Source: a virus
Taxonomy: Duplodnaviria; Caudoviricetes
Reading direction: 5' to 3' (one strand)
DNA length: 64,000 nucleotides
Virus record (IMG/VR): IMGVR_UViG_3300031669_005479
Coordinates: 32,001-96,000 of that record
Shown: positions 9,801-19,693 of the stretch, in pieces
Layout of the letters: each line of letters begins with the position of its first letter
How positions within the stretch are numbered: the first letter of the stretch is position 1
The notes under the pieces: model-generated
What the model was told of the DNA's origin: nothing
The model's input: the letters and a program-made list of their open reading frames with translations, nothing else
Databases searched by the model: none
Program-made: the position numbers and the translations under genes

Positions 9801-11209
9801 GATTCACGAGTGCCCTTTGATTTCCAAAAATAATTGGTATTAAGTAAAATTCTTCTCCAAAGTTCGACATCAATTTCAGCAGGAAGTATGTCTTCATTTA
9901 GGTTTCTTTCAACATCGTCAACAGTTAAAAAACTCTGAACCAATTCTTCTTCATTAACTAACGAAAAATAATCCCAACCAAATGTTCTTGACATATTCTT
10001 AACTAATTGGTCTGGTATGTTATTTAACTTGTCATACGTTACTTTATTAATATAAACCAAAGAATCGATAAATTCTTTTATTTGATCAAATTCTCTTCCA
10101 TAAATTCTAAGTAATTTTGTAATTTTACCTTTCTCAGTAAAATCATATGTCTTAATTGATGTTGTAGTAAGAAATCTAGCAATTAAATCAGTTTTAATTT
10201 GATCATACTTAGAACCAATTGCCAAAACAATCTGTAAAAACTGTTGATACTGTGAAGTGTTGGTGTCAATATTATAGCCATCTGCTGTTGGCCAAAGTAT
10301 GTTCGTATCTGCATACACAATTGAACCATCATCAAGTAGCGTTGGATTTTTTAATGTAAATTTAAAACCTTTTGTATTGTCACGATATGAAACAATAAAT
10401 CTTTCATAATCATTTAATAATGCTCTAAATTCTTCAAAAACAATATTATTAGGCTTAATATGAAAACTAAGTTTACCATATATTTCGGTTGTGGTCGTAT
10501 CAATGCCTAGTTGTGTAAATGGGTTACCAATTACCTGAAACCTTAAAAAATTTTGCAAAAGACCGTTATTGCTATTGGTTGTATTTCCAGTAAATCCAAC
10601 AACCGCATACGATACATCTGGTTCCAATAATTTAGTTATTACGTATTGACCATATGAAATATTTAAATTTTTCAGTATATTATTATCTGGTATTGTTACG
10701 TTTCCAGCATTATACACTAATCCAAACGTATTTGTCAATGAAGAAATTGGAACATAAAATGTAGTAACATTAGTAATTGAATCATATGCATTTGTTAAAC
10801 CAGATGGTAAATAAAATGTATTTGTGCCACCAAAATTCATTTCAGAATTAGCATATAGGCTGGCAGGATATGCCAAAATAATATTTTGTATTGATACTCT
10901 TAAAAACTCGTATGCTGAACCAAATCTAACAAATGTATTTAAATCTGATCTATCTAAATTAAGTACTGCTTTTGTTGAATAATCATGTAATATTTGTGAT
11001 TGAATTTCAGAAACACCCATTGTGTCCAATGTAACAGTACGAACAAAACTACTTAATGTATTCGTGTAATCTACTGTTGTCTTACCATCAAAATTAGATG
11101 TAACATTAAAACTACCAAACGTAAATATTGTTTTTGATGGAAAATCATTAAAGTTTGTTCCATTTAAATTTGGGTCGAGATTTGTATTAATTACTTTTAC
11201 TTTTGCCAC
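6827..11209 (-). CDS. Large baseplate wedge-like protein with FN3 and BACON-like C-terminal domains
   Basis: 1460 aa (GTG start); YFWKSKGTRESIKSM motif typical of wedge/P2 gpI-like proteins; ITGLTEDTTYEYRA (FN3); SWIT...IAANSGLARSG...VTINQ (BACON-like). Confidence 0.7.
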   Translation of the reverse strand: MAKVKVINTNLDPNLNGTNFNDFPSKTIFTFGSFNVTSNFDGKTTVDYTNTLSSFVRTVTLDTMGVSEIQSQILHDYSTKAVLNLDRSDLNTFVRFGSAYEFLRVSIQNIILAYPASLYANSEMNFGGTNTFYLPSGLTNAYDSITNVTTFYVPISSLTNTFGLVYNAGNVTIPDNNILKNLNISYGQYVITKLLEPDVSYAVVGFTGNTTNSNNGLLQNFLRFQVIGNPFTQLGIDTTTTEIYGKLSFHIKPNNIVFEEFRALLNDYERFIVSYRDNTKGFKFTLKNPTLLDDGSIVYADTNILWPTADGYNIDTNTSQYQQFLQIVLAIGSKYDQIKTDLIARFLTTTSIKTYDFTEKGKITKLLRIYGREFDQIKEFIDSLVYINKVTYDKLNNIPDQLVKNMSRTFGWDYFSLVNEEELVQSFLTVDDVERNLNEDILPAEIDVELWRRILLNTNYFWKSKGTRESIKSMFLLIGIPEPFINITEYVYTVEGKINPNTVPFAQQDFPTNSLPYDTSGYPVAPLETNNFYFQISGNSDSGQRYLDVFRMAGFKLSATVDNKKSWIRAGETIRVDDTTPQYYQEDSKLVINTKEVDIALDTARGIEYDVYKYIQEDYKANNSGYTLPYSYVNVSLNYTGQQNTFTLPYTVNEIQGDFEVRYNGILLNAPKTGATGNTLTNADYSVTGNQFTLLTENATTSGNRRDVIQATLIYTGGTQPVTGITVQYIVTRIKSNPSGTAIPLPSYPRGDLQLTINGIALTKGSSQFNADYILDPNNSVDSSQIIIQNPDVISFLSTNPEIQVAYVQVAGSNDINLRSEIVRIDSFNTSKIYFNNSANKYVYKLNYKASKTEDIKFLVDGIALEPYRDYDINVMNPFEVFLPKGLRYGTVISVYYLVGGNSVFTPAISDDFGIGDISNLSFLEFLDLVQRKMVNARNRKTISNFNGGWYPTILKIYELYMQRSLLPTGDTLHSNGYTFENLYPFLSKYNAFFQRFVDQLLSATIIVRKGGLLIRNSIFTKQKFTYKRGVNVSGVVYSTPLVTYDNIEAGNLNERTTLQYFGDDGSMFVIPQKLSNISVDTVAGSAGIGSLLNIGGENIVGYEQLTQYGMQYRILGATTWTQYPLIDGYTDAYNLSITGLTEDTTYEYRAIVIADTVSATGNTLLLKTLTSVLPVPSGHTVQNTSYSSTSLIGTGGKDIQRYSDIAWYGMQYRCVGTPDITITPTTYSSISSAGTTCPVTIYGPTWDTYTTSGNTSWITPSISVAPSPLGTVNNLTIAANSGLARSGVVKYSPLVGTPKCVTINQLGNPLYQKQVILSGCTGYPTYPDYPTCLSGSNCGVILAPEMTAGESFYATFNYHMCKPFATNTSKICAEVKCGNTVVYSCAYTGVNACNLTGTFGTKLITYNDYVNHCWNVMVCTVAAYPTTNQSLSCVSISNITNNVGQFTLGGLNSLCMQYT

Positions 11210-11226
11210 AGTCTTTTCAATTTACT

Positions 11227-11234
11227 ATAAATAC
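11227..11234 (-). promoter_or_regulatory. Recurrent upstream motif GTATTTAT (candidate phage late promoter)
   Basis: One of 17 counted copies located just above a minus-strand start (see findings). Confidence 0.55.
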
Positions 11235-11242
11235 AATAAAAT

Positions 11243-11277
11243 AAAAAATCCTAACTCTTTTTTGAATTAGGATTTTT
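11243..11277 (-). terminator. Intrinsic terminator
   Basis: aaaaatcctaa...ttaggattttt inverted repeat with flanking A/T runs. Confidence 0.7.
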
Positions 11278-11293
11278 GAATGTGTGTTCAACA

Positions 11294-12208
11294 CTATTGT
11301 TGCACGTCACTAGTAACAACATCAAAGTCTTGTGTGGCATCAATGTTCGTCCTTCTTTCTTTCACTTCAAATAATGGTACGTCTCCAATATCATTTTTTA
11401 TTTCATAAATATTGAATTGTCTAGTAATAATTCTATTCGAATCATAGTATGTTAAAATACCATTATCAACATCCTTAATTTGCTCACCACCAACTAAATC
11501 AGAAAGTGTATCGATTGTATTTTGAACCATATCAATTTCAATCACCAATGGTGAAAAGAACGTATTTGATATTAAAATAGTTTGATTTGGAGTTCCAATA
11601 AATGGCGAAACATTCGCTTTTAAATCTGAACTGCTACTTGGTGTTAACTGCAAAAATATTAATGTACCACTATCATCAAACTTGTATCTAATTGACTTTT
11701 GGTTGGTATTGCCAATATTATCGCTAATTGGAACCACTTTATTTGAAGTTACCACGTATCGAAGAACATTTCTTTGTTTTAAATTTGTTGTTGGGTCAAC
11801 ATATTCAATACGATAGCCTTGTAGTGCATTATTTGCCCTTAATCCTTCAGGTAAACTATTCATATCCAACACAATTCCTCTTATATTGGGTAGCGATGAC
11901 AAAACACTACAATCGATAATTGTTGTTACGACTTTTTTTGGTCTAATATATACCGTATATATGCCCAAATTACTAAATACAGATGCAGGTAATCTCAAAT
12001 TATATAATCCTTCTAATAAGTTTTCATTACCTGAAACATATGAAGTATCATCACTCGGTAAATAATTATATGATAGTAATTGCGTTGCATCTAACTTATA
12101 GATGGTATCATTAATTGTTTCCCTATCGGGTGTATAATTATAGTAAATATCGATATCATCAATACTTACATCTGAAGGTCTTGTTATGCCATAAACGCCT
12201 ACTGCCAT
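11294..12208 (-). CDS. Conserved virion structural protein
   Basis: 304 aa, MAVGVYGITRPSDVSIDDID; beta-rich; baseplate cluster. Confidence 0.6.
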   Translation of the reverse strand: MAVGVYGITRPSDVSIDDIDIYYNYTPDRETINDTIYKLDATQLLSYNYLPSDDTSYVSGNENLLEGLYNLRLPASVFSNLGIYTVYIRPKKVVTTIIDCSVLSSLPNIRGIVLDMNSLPEGLRANNALQGYRIEYVDPTTNLKQRNVLRYVVTSNKVVPISDNIGNTNQKSIRYKFDDSGTLIFLQLTPSSSSDLKANVSPFIGTPNQTILISNTFFSPLVIEIDMVQNTIDTLSDLVGGEQIKDVDNGILTYYDSNRIITRQFNIYEIKNDIGDVPLFEVKERRTNIDATQDFDVVTSDVQQ

Positions 12209-12209
12209 T

Positions 12210-12656
12210 TTACGTATTATTAATTATATTAAAAAATTTTCCACCTGCATATGTTAATAAATCGTTTAAATTTTTTATATACTCTAATCTATAATTCATA
12301 TCAAATGCAGATAACTCTTGTCTTACTATAAATACATCATCATTAATTTTTGGATTACTAACAATATTTTCTTTATTAGGGTCTTGATAATAATATGTGC
12401 TAATAAAATCTGGACTATCTGTTCCTTGTGGAGTATATGTAAATGTGGTTCCAGTTGTAGAACCAGTATATATATCGACATATTTAATTCCACCAATATA
12501 ATATGTAACAGTATTACCAGAAACTGAATTGTTAAAATCTACACCATCGTTAGTAATACTGCCATTACCAAAATATTGCTGACTAAAGGGCACATTAATG
12601 GCATATTTCTTTAACTCAGAGAGTCTACTATTACTTGTTGAACCAGTTGCTACCAT
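12210..12656 (-). CDS. Probable structural protein; likely start MVATGS at 12656
   Basis: ORF track gives 12210..12686; ATG at 12656 sits just below a GTATTTAT motif (12663-12670). Confidence 0.55.
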   Translation of the reverse strand: MVATGSTSNSRLSELKKYAINVPFSQQYFGNGSITNDGVDFNNSVSGNTVTYYIGGIKYVDIYTGSTTGTTFTYTPQGTDSPDFISTYYYQDPNKENIVSNPKINDDVFIVRQELSAFDMNYRLEYIKNLNDLLTYAGGKFFNIINNT

Positions 12657-12660
12657 ATTT

Positions 12661-13554
12661 TCATAAATACTTATTTTCAAATGCACTAATTATTTGAGAA
12701 TGTTCTGGAAAAAATTTTTGTATTTTAAATTTAATCTTTTCAATGATATCACTTCTATATTTAGAATAACCCAATAGATGTGAGTATCCAATTTTAGATG
12801 GTAATGTCGAATACCAATGTTCTCGATCAAAACCATGTTCAATTATACTACTATATGGAATAATTTCAAATGGCTCAATATTATTTTCCTTTAGCACATA
12901 ATATAACAATGATTGTTCTGCAAGTAAAAACATTCCCTCATATTTTCGTCTATTATATTGAAATTCGTTACTATTTGAAATATCGAATAAAATCTCCTTT
13001 ACTTTATTGGTATAATCATTTTTCAATTTCATATCGTTAAAACCGACAACACCACAATTATATGCATAGCATCCATATTTTTCCCAATCAATGCCATGAT
13101 CAAAATTTTTGAATGGGTTTATGCAGTTAACATATAAGTCAAAAAATAGATTTCCAATGGTTTTTTCATTTTCAACAGATTGAACGACAGCAGAAAACTT
13201 ACCATTAATTAAATTATCACCAATTATATCTCTAAATAAAAAAACATCACCATCAATATGAACATATGGCTCAGTCATTAATGCATGCGTTTTAATTTTA
13301 CCCCAAATCCAAAATTTGGAACTAATTCCATCATCATCAAAGTCAATAATGTGTATTTTATCATACGGAATTAATGAATATATATCATATGCATTTTTAT
13401 CGCAATATAGTTCAATTTCATATCCCAATTTTTTTATAAGTAATGCACTAAGAAAATAAGAATAAAAATTTTTAATCAAATATTTTTCATCATATTTATT
13501 GTCAAAATTTTTGTCAATTGATGGTGTTGACCATAATGAGTGTATATATTTCAT
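12661..13554 (-). CDS. DUF6734-like putative nucleotide-diphospho-sugar transferase (GT-A-like)
   Basis: MKYIHSLW...LYCD...WIWGKIKT...EPYVHIDGDVFL (DxD)...AYNCGVVGFND...EQ pattern. Confidence 0.65.
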   Translation of the reverse strand: MKYIHSLWSTPSIDKNFDNKYDEKYLIKNFYSYFLSALLIKKLGYEIELYCDKNAYDIYSLIPYDKIHIIDFDDDGISSKFWIWGKIKTHALMTEPYVHIDGDVFLFRDIIGDNLINGKFSAVVQSVENEKTIGNLFFDLYVNCINPFKNFDHGIDWEKYGCYAYNCGVVGFNDMKLKNDYTNKVKEILFDISNSNEFQYNRRKYEGMFLLAEQSLLYYVLKENNIEPFEIIPYSSIIEHGFDREHWYSTLPSKIGYSHLLGYSKYRSDIIEKIKFKIQKFFPEHSQIISAFENKYL

Positions 13555-13556
13555 AA

Positions 13557-13808
13557 TTATATATATAAATCGTTCATTAGTAGTGATTCGCCCATTCCAT
13601 ATGCATCGTTTACATCATTTCCATATCCATCATAACCATAGCCATAATATGGTATCGGTAGTGAATCAAAAAATCCCCAATGATGCGCATCCTGAGTTAA
13701 CAATACCTTAAAATAATAAATTTTTGTCAAATCGGGAATAATAATTATATCATTACCTGTTTTTCCTGTTGTTAATGCCTGTAATATGGTTTTTCTAATA
13801 AATTCCAT
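13557..13808 (-). CDS. Small structural-cluster protein
   Basis: 83 aa, translationally coupled to the wedge gene (overlap at 13808). Confidence 0.6.
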   Translation of the reverse strand: MEFIRKTILQALTTGKTGNDIIIIPDLTKIYYFKVLLTQDAHHWGFFDSLPIPYYGYGYDGYGNDVNDAYGMGESLLMNDLYI

Positions 13809-15658
13809 TATCCTACCTTCTTTCTCATCAACACTTTAATATCCTTTTCAGGATACTTAATTTCAAACATTGAATCTTGTGTTGAATGTATTGTATTATT
13901 TTGAACAATAATTTGACCAGTAGTGTTATTTGAAACAGATTGTGAAATTGGATTATTTGAATATTGACCACCAACCTTATTATATACTGTAATTCCGACA
14001 ATGTTCACAACACCATTTGCAGTAAGTATTTCTGTTTGTAGTGGACCCAAAAAAATATCTTGGTTCATCTCATGCGTATTAATATCCAAATAATTACTAA
14101 CTAATGTTATAATACTATTTGCAATTGTATTGTCTGCAATATTTTCAACATATACGTCAATATCAAATGCTAGATTAAATATTTTTCCATCTTTAATTTC
14201 AATATAATCATTAATCATGCGATATTGACTTAAATATTCGGCAATATTTGTCTTTAATAGTGAATTACTTGTATTGGATAATTTTCCATCATCACCTATA
14301 TCAAGAATTGAAATTACAACTTTATTATTTTCTTTATATGCGTTAGCACGAAATGGAGACCCATACTTACCAGGCATTTTGTATATCTGTAATAAATAAT
14401 CAGTAAGCGTTACATCCCTAAATTGACTAGAAAAATTATATTTAACTAATTGCCTGATTTGCTCAACACTTAGTCCATCATTTCCACCAATAGCAGGAAT
14501 TGGATTTGTTACAGTTAAACTTCTTTTTACGATTTGATTATAACTTTGATTAGCACCCGCTACTGTTAAATTATAATTACCAAGTTTAGTTAGAACATTA
14601 CTACCAATATTTGAACTACTACCACCACCAGTTCTATATCGAACAAATAGTGTATAATTTGCTTTTAATTTTTCACCTAATGCCGTATTATTTAAAAAGT
14701 TTTCAAGAAAATATCGGTTACTAACTCCTTCTTTAAGAAATCCTTGTTGAAACGCATTAACATCTGCATTACCAGAACCAAAAGTTAATTTACAATATCC
14801 GTTTGGAGTGAATTCCTTAATGAATTTTTTCGTTACATCAATCCATGTTGCCGCCTTAATTCCCTGTGTATTAGTGTTTGCACTAGAACTCTGATAATCG
14901 TCAACAAATACTCTTTGTTGTGCAAGAAAGTCAACTTCATAAAATCTAACATTTGTGTTATAAAATTCACTAATGTCTGGATTTGTAGCATAGTTCGTTC
15001 CTTCCAATAAAATTACGCTTTCAATTTCAATAACATCTGGGTCGGGTAACGTAATGCTAAAAAATGGAATAACATCTGCACTATTAATAATTCTTTTATA
15101 TATGTTGGTGCTTCCATTCAAAACAACTTCTCTTTTTGTTACAGAGTAGTTCATAACAATACCATTTGTATCTAAAACAGGTAATATTCTACGATTAGGA
15201 TCACCTAAGCTACTATTTGAAGAATTCCAATCAATATTTTCTTGAATTTCAAAAACCTTTCCACCTCCAACAACCTGTGCACCATTATCTAACACAGGGT
15301 AATAACTAGCATCAGGTGCATTTCCTAATACTGGAACTGTAACAGTAAAATCAACAACTGTAACACTAGGTCTTCTTGGTGGAATATTAAATCCCATATT
15401 TTTTGCAATATTCAAAATAGATGATCTTTGTTGAGCATATTCTAATTGGGTTTCTTGAAATATTCTATCGGTATTTATTGATAAATTATTCGTTACACCA
15501 GCATTTAAGTCAATTAACATTGCACCAACACTCGAATCAGTAAAATCAGATAAAATTTCTGGATATGCCTGTTGAATGTATGATATTAAATCTGTTCTAA
15601 TGTCACCGAAAGTCCTACTTCCGTATTGTATTATATTTGTTGTGGTATCAGTTGCCAT
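13808..15658 (-). CDS. Baseplate wedge subunit (T4 gp6 / baseplate J-like)
   Basis: RTFGDIRTDLISY...DFTDSSVGAMLIDL...ETQLEYAQQRSSILNIAKNMG, YRTGGG, AIGGND...RDVTLTDY. Confidence 0.9.
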   Translation of the reverse strand: MATDTTTNIIQYGSRTFGDIRTDLISYIQQAYPEILSDFTDSSVGAMLIDLNAGVTNNLSINTDRIFQETQLEYAQQRSSILNIAKNMGFNIPPRRPSVTVVDFTVTVPVLGNAPDASYYPVLDNGAQVVGGGKVFEIQENIDWNSSNSSLGDPNRRILPVLDTNGIVMNYSVTKREVVLNGSTNIYKRIINSADVIPFFSITLPDPDVIEIESVILLEGTNYATNPDISEFYNTNVRFYEVDFLAQQRVFVDDYQSSSANTNTQGIKAATWIDVTKKFIKEFTPNGYCKLTFGSGNADVNAFQQGFLKEGVSNRYFLENFLNNTALGEKLKANYTLFVRYRTGGGSSSNIGSNVLTKLGNYNLTVAGANQSYNQIVKRSLTVTNPIPAIGGNDGLSVEQIRQLVKYNFSSQFRDVTLTDYLLQIYKMPGKYGSPFRANAYKENNKVVISILDIGDDGKLSNTSNSLLKTNIAEYLSQYRMINDYIEIKDGKIFNLAFDIDVYVENIADNTIANSIITLVSNYLDINTHEMNQDIFLGPLQTEILTANGVVNIVGITVYNKVGGQYSNNPISQSVSNNTTGQIIVQNNTIHSTQDSMFEIKYPEKDIKVLMRKKVG

Positions 15659-15668
15659 ATTTTTTATA

Positions 15669-16073
15669 TTAAAAATTTAAATTAAGTTCACCTTGCTCAC
15701 TAAGACTCGCTTCTGCATAAACGAATTTGACATTAACATTAAGTTGATTATCAGGTATTGATTCACCATTATCGTCATAGTTCCAATTAAAATTCACCGC
15801 AGTAATTTTTAATTCTGGAATATACAACGCAACAGTATTTTTAATTTCTTCCTCAACTTGACCTGCAGTCAAGTTATCGTTAGGCTCAAAAACATATCTC
15901 AATAAATTTGTACCAAAGTCTGATTCATAATATCTTTCCCCCTTTTGTGTTAACAACAACAATAATAAATTAGATGTATAGGAATTCTTTGTCACACGAT
16001 TCATTGCAATAAAACTATTTGTAGAATTATCGTCTTGAAATGGATAAGTAATATTATATGAATTCATTGCCAT
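15669..16073 (-). CDS. Baseplate gp25-like protein
   Basis: LLLTQKGERYYESDFGTNLLRYVFEP...IKNTVALYIP signature; adjacent to the gp6-like gene. Confidence 0.9.
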   Translation of the reverse strand: MAMNSYNITYPFQDDNSTNSFIAMNRVTKNSYTSNLLLLLLTQKGERYYESDFGTNLLRYVFEPNDNLTAGQVEEEIKNTVALYIPELKITAVNFNWNYDDNGESIPDNQLNVNVKFVYAEASLSEQGELNLNF

Positions 16074-16106
16074 AATACCATATGTTTTCTATAAATACTT
16101 ATAAAC

Positions 16107-16141
16107 AAAAAAATCCCGACAATTAATTGTCGGGATTTTTT
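16107..16141 (-). terminator. Intrinsic terminator
   Basis: Perfect palindrome aaaaaatcccgacaattaattgtcgggattttt. Confidence 0.8.
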
Positions 16142-16158
16142 ATTTTCACGATTAAGAT

Positions 16159-16623
16159 TTAAAATTGCTTCTTTTTTCTACCTTTCTTGGCCTTTGCCTG
16201 ATTCTTAGCCTCATCTTCTTGCTGTTTTTTTGCATCAAAAAGACTTTTAATTGACTCGTGCAACACAATAATCGGTTCGTGTCCATACTTTTGCAATACA
16301 CCAGTATGCGTATTAAAATTTGGTTTTTCTAGTGAAACTGCATCACTTTCACTAACACTAACACCTGCAAGACATTCTACAATAGCCATTTCTTGCATAT
16401 CCACTGGTAGTTGATTAAGAATTTCTTCATTAAAAACTACGGCAAAATTTATGCCATTTGTTAATATCTCTACGATATCATTAGTTTTTACAATCCGATA
16501 CAATTCCTTTTGTTTGGTATTACACAATACTTCAAACTCAATCCATTGCGGTATTGTAGTTTCGTCTCTAACTTTGTCAAAGAGACTAATCACATCTTCA
16601 GATGCTTTTTCAATTTTTGCCAT
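16159..16623 (-). CDS. Phage metallopeptidase-like fold, probably catalytically degenerate
   Basis: NFAVVFNEEI...QEMAIVECLAG...LEKPNF...GVLQKYG resembles phage putative metallopeptidases but lacks HExxH. Confidence 0.45.
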   Translation of the reverse strand: MAKIEKASEDVISLFDKVRDETTIPQWIEFEVLCNTKQKELYRIVKTNDIVEILTNGINFAVVFNEEILNQLPVDMQEMAIVECLAGVSVSESDAVSLEKPNFNTHTGVLQKYGHEPIIVLHESIKSLFDAKKQQEDEAKNQAKAKKGRKKKQF

Positions 16624-16634
16624 AAAAATTATTT

Positions 16635-17075
16635 TTAATTGTTAATAAATGAACTATATTTTGATTTAAGTTCTTCAAGTTTTAATTGTAATAGAACAAA
16701 TGTTGGATTTTTAGATTTAATTTCTTCATCAAATCTTTCATCAAGTTCTGATACAAATGAAATTACGTCAGAAATACTTGCAATTACCATATCATCCATG
16801 TCAATCAAAATTGCCAATTGTTTATTGACAGTATCTTCCATTTTTAATTTTGCCATATTTTGTTCATATTGTGAATTGAGTGCAAGTTCATCTTCGGCAC
16901 TTGGAGTAACTAAACCAAGTTTAGATAATTTATCAGTATTAGTTTGGTTATTATCACTAATAACTACTTTACTTGCCAACTCATTTATTTCAACAATTTT
17001 TTTTGCTGCATCTGAATTAAATTCACCTGTATTCACAGCATTTTGTAAATTTTTTAAAAATTCTGATTGTGCCAT
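16635..17075 (-). CDS. Hypothetical helical protein
   Basis: 146-aa ORF in the operon. Confidence 0.65.
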   Translation of the reverse strand: MAQSEFLKNLQNAVNTGEFNSDAAKKIVEINELASKVVISDNNQTNTDKLSKLGLVTPSAEDELALNSQYEQNMAKLKMEDTVNKQLAILIDMDDMVIASISDVISFVSELDERFDEEIKSKNPTFVLLQLKLEELKSKYSSFINN

Positions 17076-17107
17076 ATAATATTTATTATTTATTTATTAT
17101 CTATTTA

Positions 17108-18157
17108 TTATCTATTTAAACTAGTATTTTCCATCTCAATTCCTTGAAATTTCCAAACTTCATGCGTATCGTTATATTTTATTCTTTTGATAAATTTAAT
17201 AATTCCAAATCCCATTAATTCACCATAATCATTTTTCACAAAGATACTTTTAATATTTGTAATTTCATTAAAAATTTCAGAATTTTCTTCAATATTTTCA
17301 GTATTAAACTTTATTGGAATGAAAAACTCTAACTGTCTATACTCAAAACCGATTTTTTTAACATGTAAAAATTCTGTTAATTGTTCAATTTTATTTACAA
17401 CATCCAACCCTTCTTCACGATAAACCTTAATCGGAAATTCAAATGTTTTCGACTTTTCAAGATTATCGTGTAACTCAAATACATTTTGTTTTTCAAATTC
17501 AAGAACATGATGTATTTCTGAGGTTTCGGTTTTTTCCACATTTAATTCAATTGGAATAAATTCCATATTATCTGTTTTTTTTACAACATCAAATATTTTT
17601 GATAATCCTGCTTCAATTGGAATATTATTAAAAATGTATAGAATTTCATAATCATCGTCTTTCGTACGCCTCTCTTCAAATTCTTGTGCAATTACTTCAC
17701 CAAGCGTTTTACCTGCATTCTTATGCTTACCATCAAAAAACCCATAGTGTTCATAACGACGACCATATGCATCCTTTTTATTTGCCCTATCAAGTCCCCT
17801 TTCAAGATTAAATGAATGTGAATTGCCATCAGTTGCATCTACCATAAAACGCATATGCTTATCTGTCGCAACAGCAAAATCATGGGGTGTAGAATTTTTC
17901 ATAAACCTATCTGCCTTTTTCAGTATTTCATAATATTCTTTAACATATTTCTCATCTGTTTGCCCAACATAAAATTTTTCAAGCACATTGTTTCTATGTC
18001 GCATTCTTTGGATTTTCTTACCACTCTCGTTACAAATGTTTGGGTCAGCTTTTAATATTTCTTCTTCAGTATTATGTAATGCAATACTAATATTAATTAA
18101 TACTGAGTGAATTTTTATATAAATCCAAAGTATAATATTTTTAAAAATAGTTTTCAT
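17108..18157 (-). CDS. Hypothetical protein (hydrophobic N-terminus)
   Basis: 349-aa ORF in the operon. Confidence 0.65.
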   Translation of the reverse strand: MKTIFKNIILWIYIKIHSVLINISIALHNTEEEILKADPNICNESGKKIQRMRHRNNVLEKFYVGQTDEKYVKEYYEILKKADRFMKNSTPHDFAVATDKHMRFMVDATDGNSHSFNLERGLDRANKKDAYGRRYEHYGFFDGKHKNAGKTLGEVIAQEFEERRTKDDDYEILYIFNNIPIEAGLSKIFDVVKKTDNMEFIPIELNVEKTETSEIHHVLEFEKQNVFELHDNLEKSKTFEFPIKVYREEGLDVVNKIEQLTEFLHVKKIGFEYRQLEFFIPIKFNTENIEENSEIFNEITNIKSIFVKNDYGELMGFGIIKFIKRIKYNDTHEVWKFQGIEMENTSLNR

Positions 18158-18162
18158 TAATA

Positions 18163-19542
18163 TTATTTTACCTCCAATGTTTTTGCAACAACTGCTTTAT
18201 AGAATTCAGCACGTTTCTTTGTAACCTCAGCAAGATCATACTTAATTTTAAAGTCTTCATGTAGTTGTTCACCAAGTTTTTTTCTTAATTCTGCATCCAA
18301 AATTAATTTTTTCAAATACTTTGCCCAATATTTACTAGCATTTTTCTCTGCAGGTATTAATACACAGTTTTCCATATGCTTACCATCAACATTATATGGT
18401 GGAATATCGCTACATACAATGGGCAGTTTTCTAGTCCAGCATTCAACTTGTTTTAAATTTGACTTCATCTTATTAAACGAATTGTCTGCAAGCGGTGCAA
18501 TTACAATGTCAGTTTCATCCAATACTTTCGCATATGCGTTGGCTTTTTCTGTCCAACGTCTACCAAAATTACCCTCGTTTTCATACCTCACATTTCTTTC
18601 ATAATTTTTTAACCATTGCAGATAATCTGAGTTTGTAATCATACGATGATTATCGCTTAAAACTTTTTCATAGTATAGGTAAACACTTTCTTCAGATTTG
18701 ATATCTCTTTCCTGACGATTAAATACATTACCTCTATATTTGTTCTTCAAATCAATTGGTATTTGAATTTTATCTATATCTCCCTTAGAACTATTGATTG
18801 ATTTAATTGTTTTTTGCGTCCACAATCCCCTCTTTTGTAATTCTTCACCAAATTCTTGATTAAATGTAATATCGGTAGTATTACCTTCAGTATCCCAACC
18901 AGCAATAATCACCTTAAATTTATCTTTCAATTGCCAATCACTTGAAAGTATATTCATCACACCCTCAAGTTGTTCAATATCTACCATATGACTACTACCA
19001 CCCATATATGTAATTCTAACCAATCCATCTTGGTCAGGTTTCCAATTATTTTGAAATTGTTTCATCCAAATAGGGTCAACAGAATTATACAATACCTTTA
19101 CGTTATCTCTACCAGTAATCTTGCGTATTTCATCTGCAAATAAATCTGTGGTCGTTGTCACATAATCAGCAATTTTTAAATTTTCCATGATTGGAATATG
19201 TAACTTTCTTTCAAGACTTACCTCATAAAATGGATGTTTTCTATGCAATTGCCAGTAGTCATCAATATCTACGATTAATTGTGTTCCAGATTTTCTTAAT
19301 TCATTTGCCAGCACTTCCATTTGCTTTGTATCTGAAAGGAATTGACGATGGTAATGAATTATGTGAAATGACTTGAGATAGTCAATAAACTTTGGGTCAT
19401 TAAAATCTATTTGTGGATTGATTTCAACGTAAAAATCATCCGAATGATTTCTTTCAAGTTCCATTGCTGGTGTTTGTGTTCTAAAATAATTTACCCCTGC
19501 ACCATCAAGGTTGTAAAATAAAATTCTAATCTTACCGTCCAT
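18163..19542 (-). CDS. GT-B glycosyltransferase (GT4-like)
   Basis: YFRTQTP, IVDIDDYW, ADYVTTTT, TYMGGSSH, DIVIAPLADNSFNKMKSNLKQVE...LPIVCSDIPPY. Confidence 0.9.
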   Translation of the reverse strand: MDGKIRILFYNLDGAGVNYFRTQTPAMELERNHSDDFYVEINPQIDFNDPKFIDYLKSFHIIHYHRQFLSDTKQMEVLANELRKSGTQLIVDIDDYWQLHRKHPFYEVSLERKLHIPIMENLKIADYVTTTTDLFADEIRKITGRDNVKVLYNSVDPIWMKQFQNNWKPDQDGLVRITYMGGSSHMVDIEQLEGVMNILSSDWQLKDKFKVIIAGWDTEGNTTDITFNQEFGEELQKRGLWTQKTIKSINSSKGDIDKIQIPIDLKNKYRGNVFNRQERDIKSEESVYLYYEKVLSDNHRMITNSDYLQWLKNYERNVRYENEGNFGRRWTEKANAYAKVLDETDIVIAPLADNSFNKMKSNLKQVECWTRKLPIVCSDIPPYNVDGKHMENCVLIPAEKNASKYWAKYLKKLILDAELRKKLGEQLHEDFKIKYDLAEVTKKRAEFYKAVVAKTLEVK

Positions 19543-19693
19543 ATCGAGTTTATAAATTTTTATAAATTAATGTAATTAATTATAAATACGTAAAAATAAT
19601 ACAAAATCCTCAAATTTGAAAGGAATTTAAAAAATAAATGCCAACAAATGTTGGCAAATATGAAATATGGAAAGTGTATTTAGTTTGTTTTAA

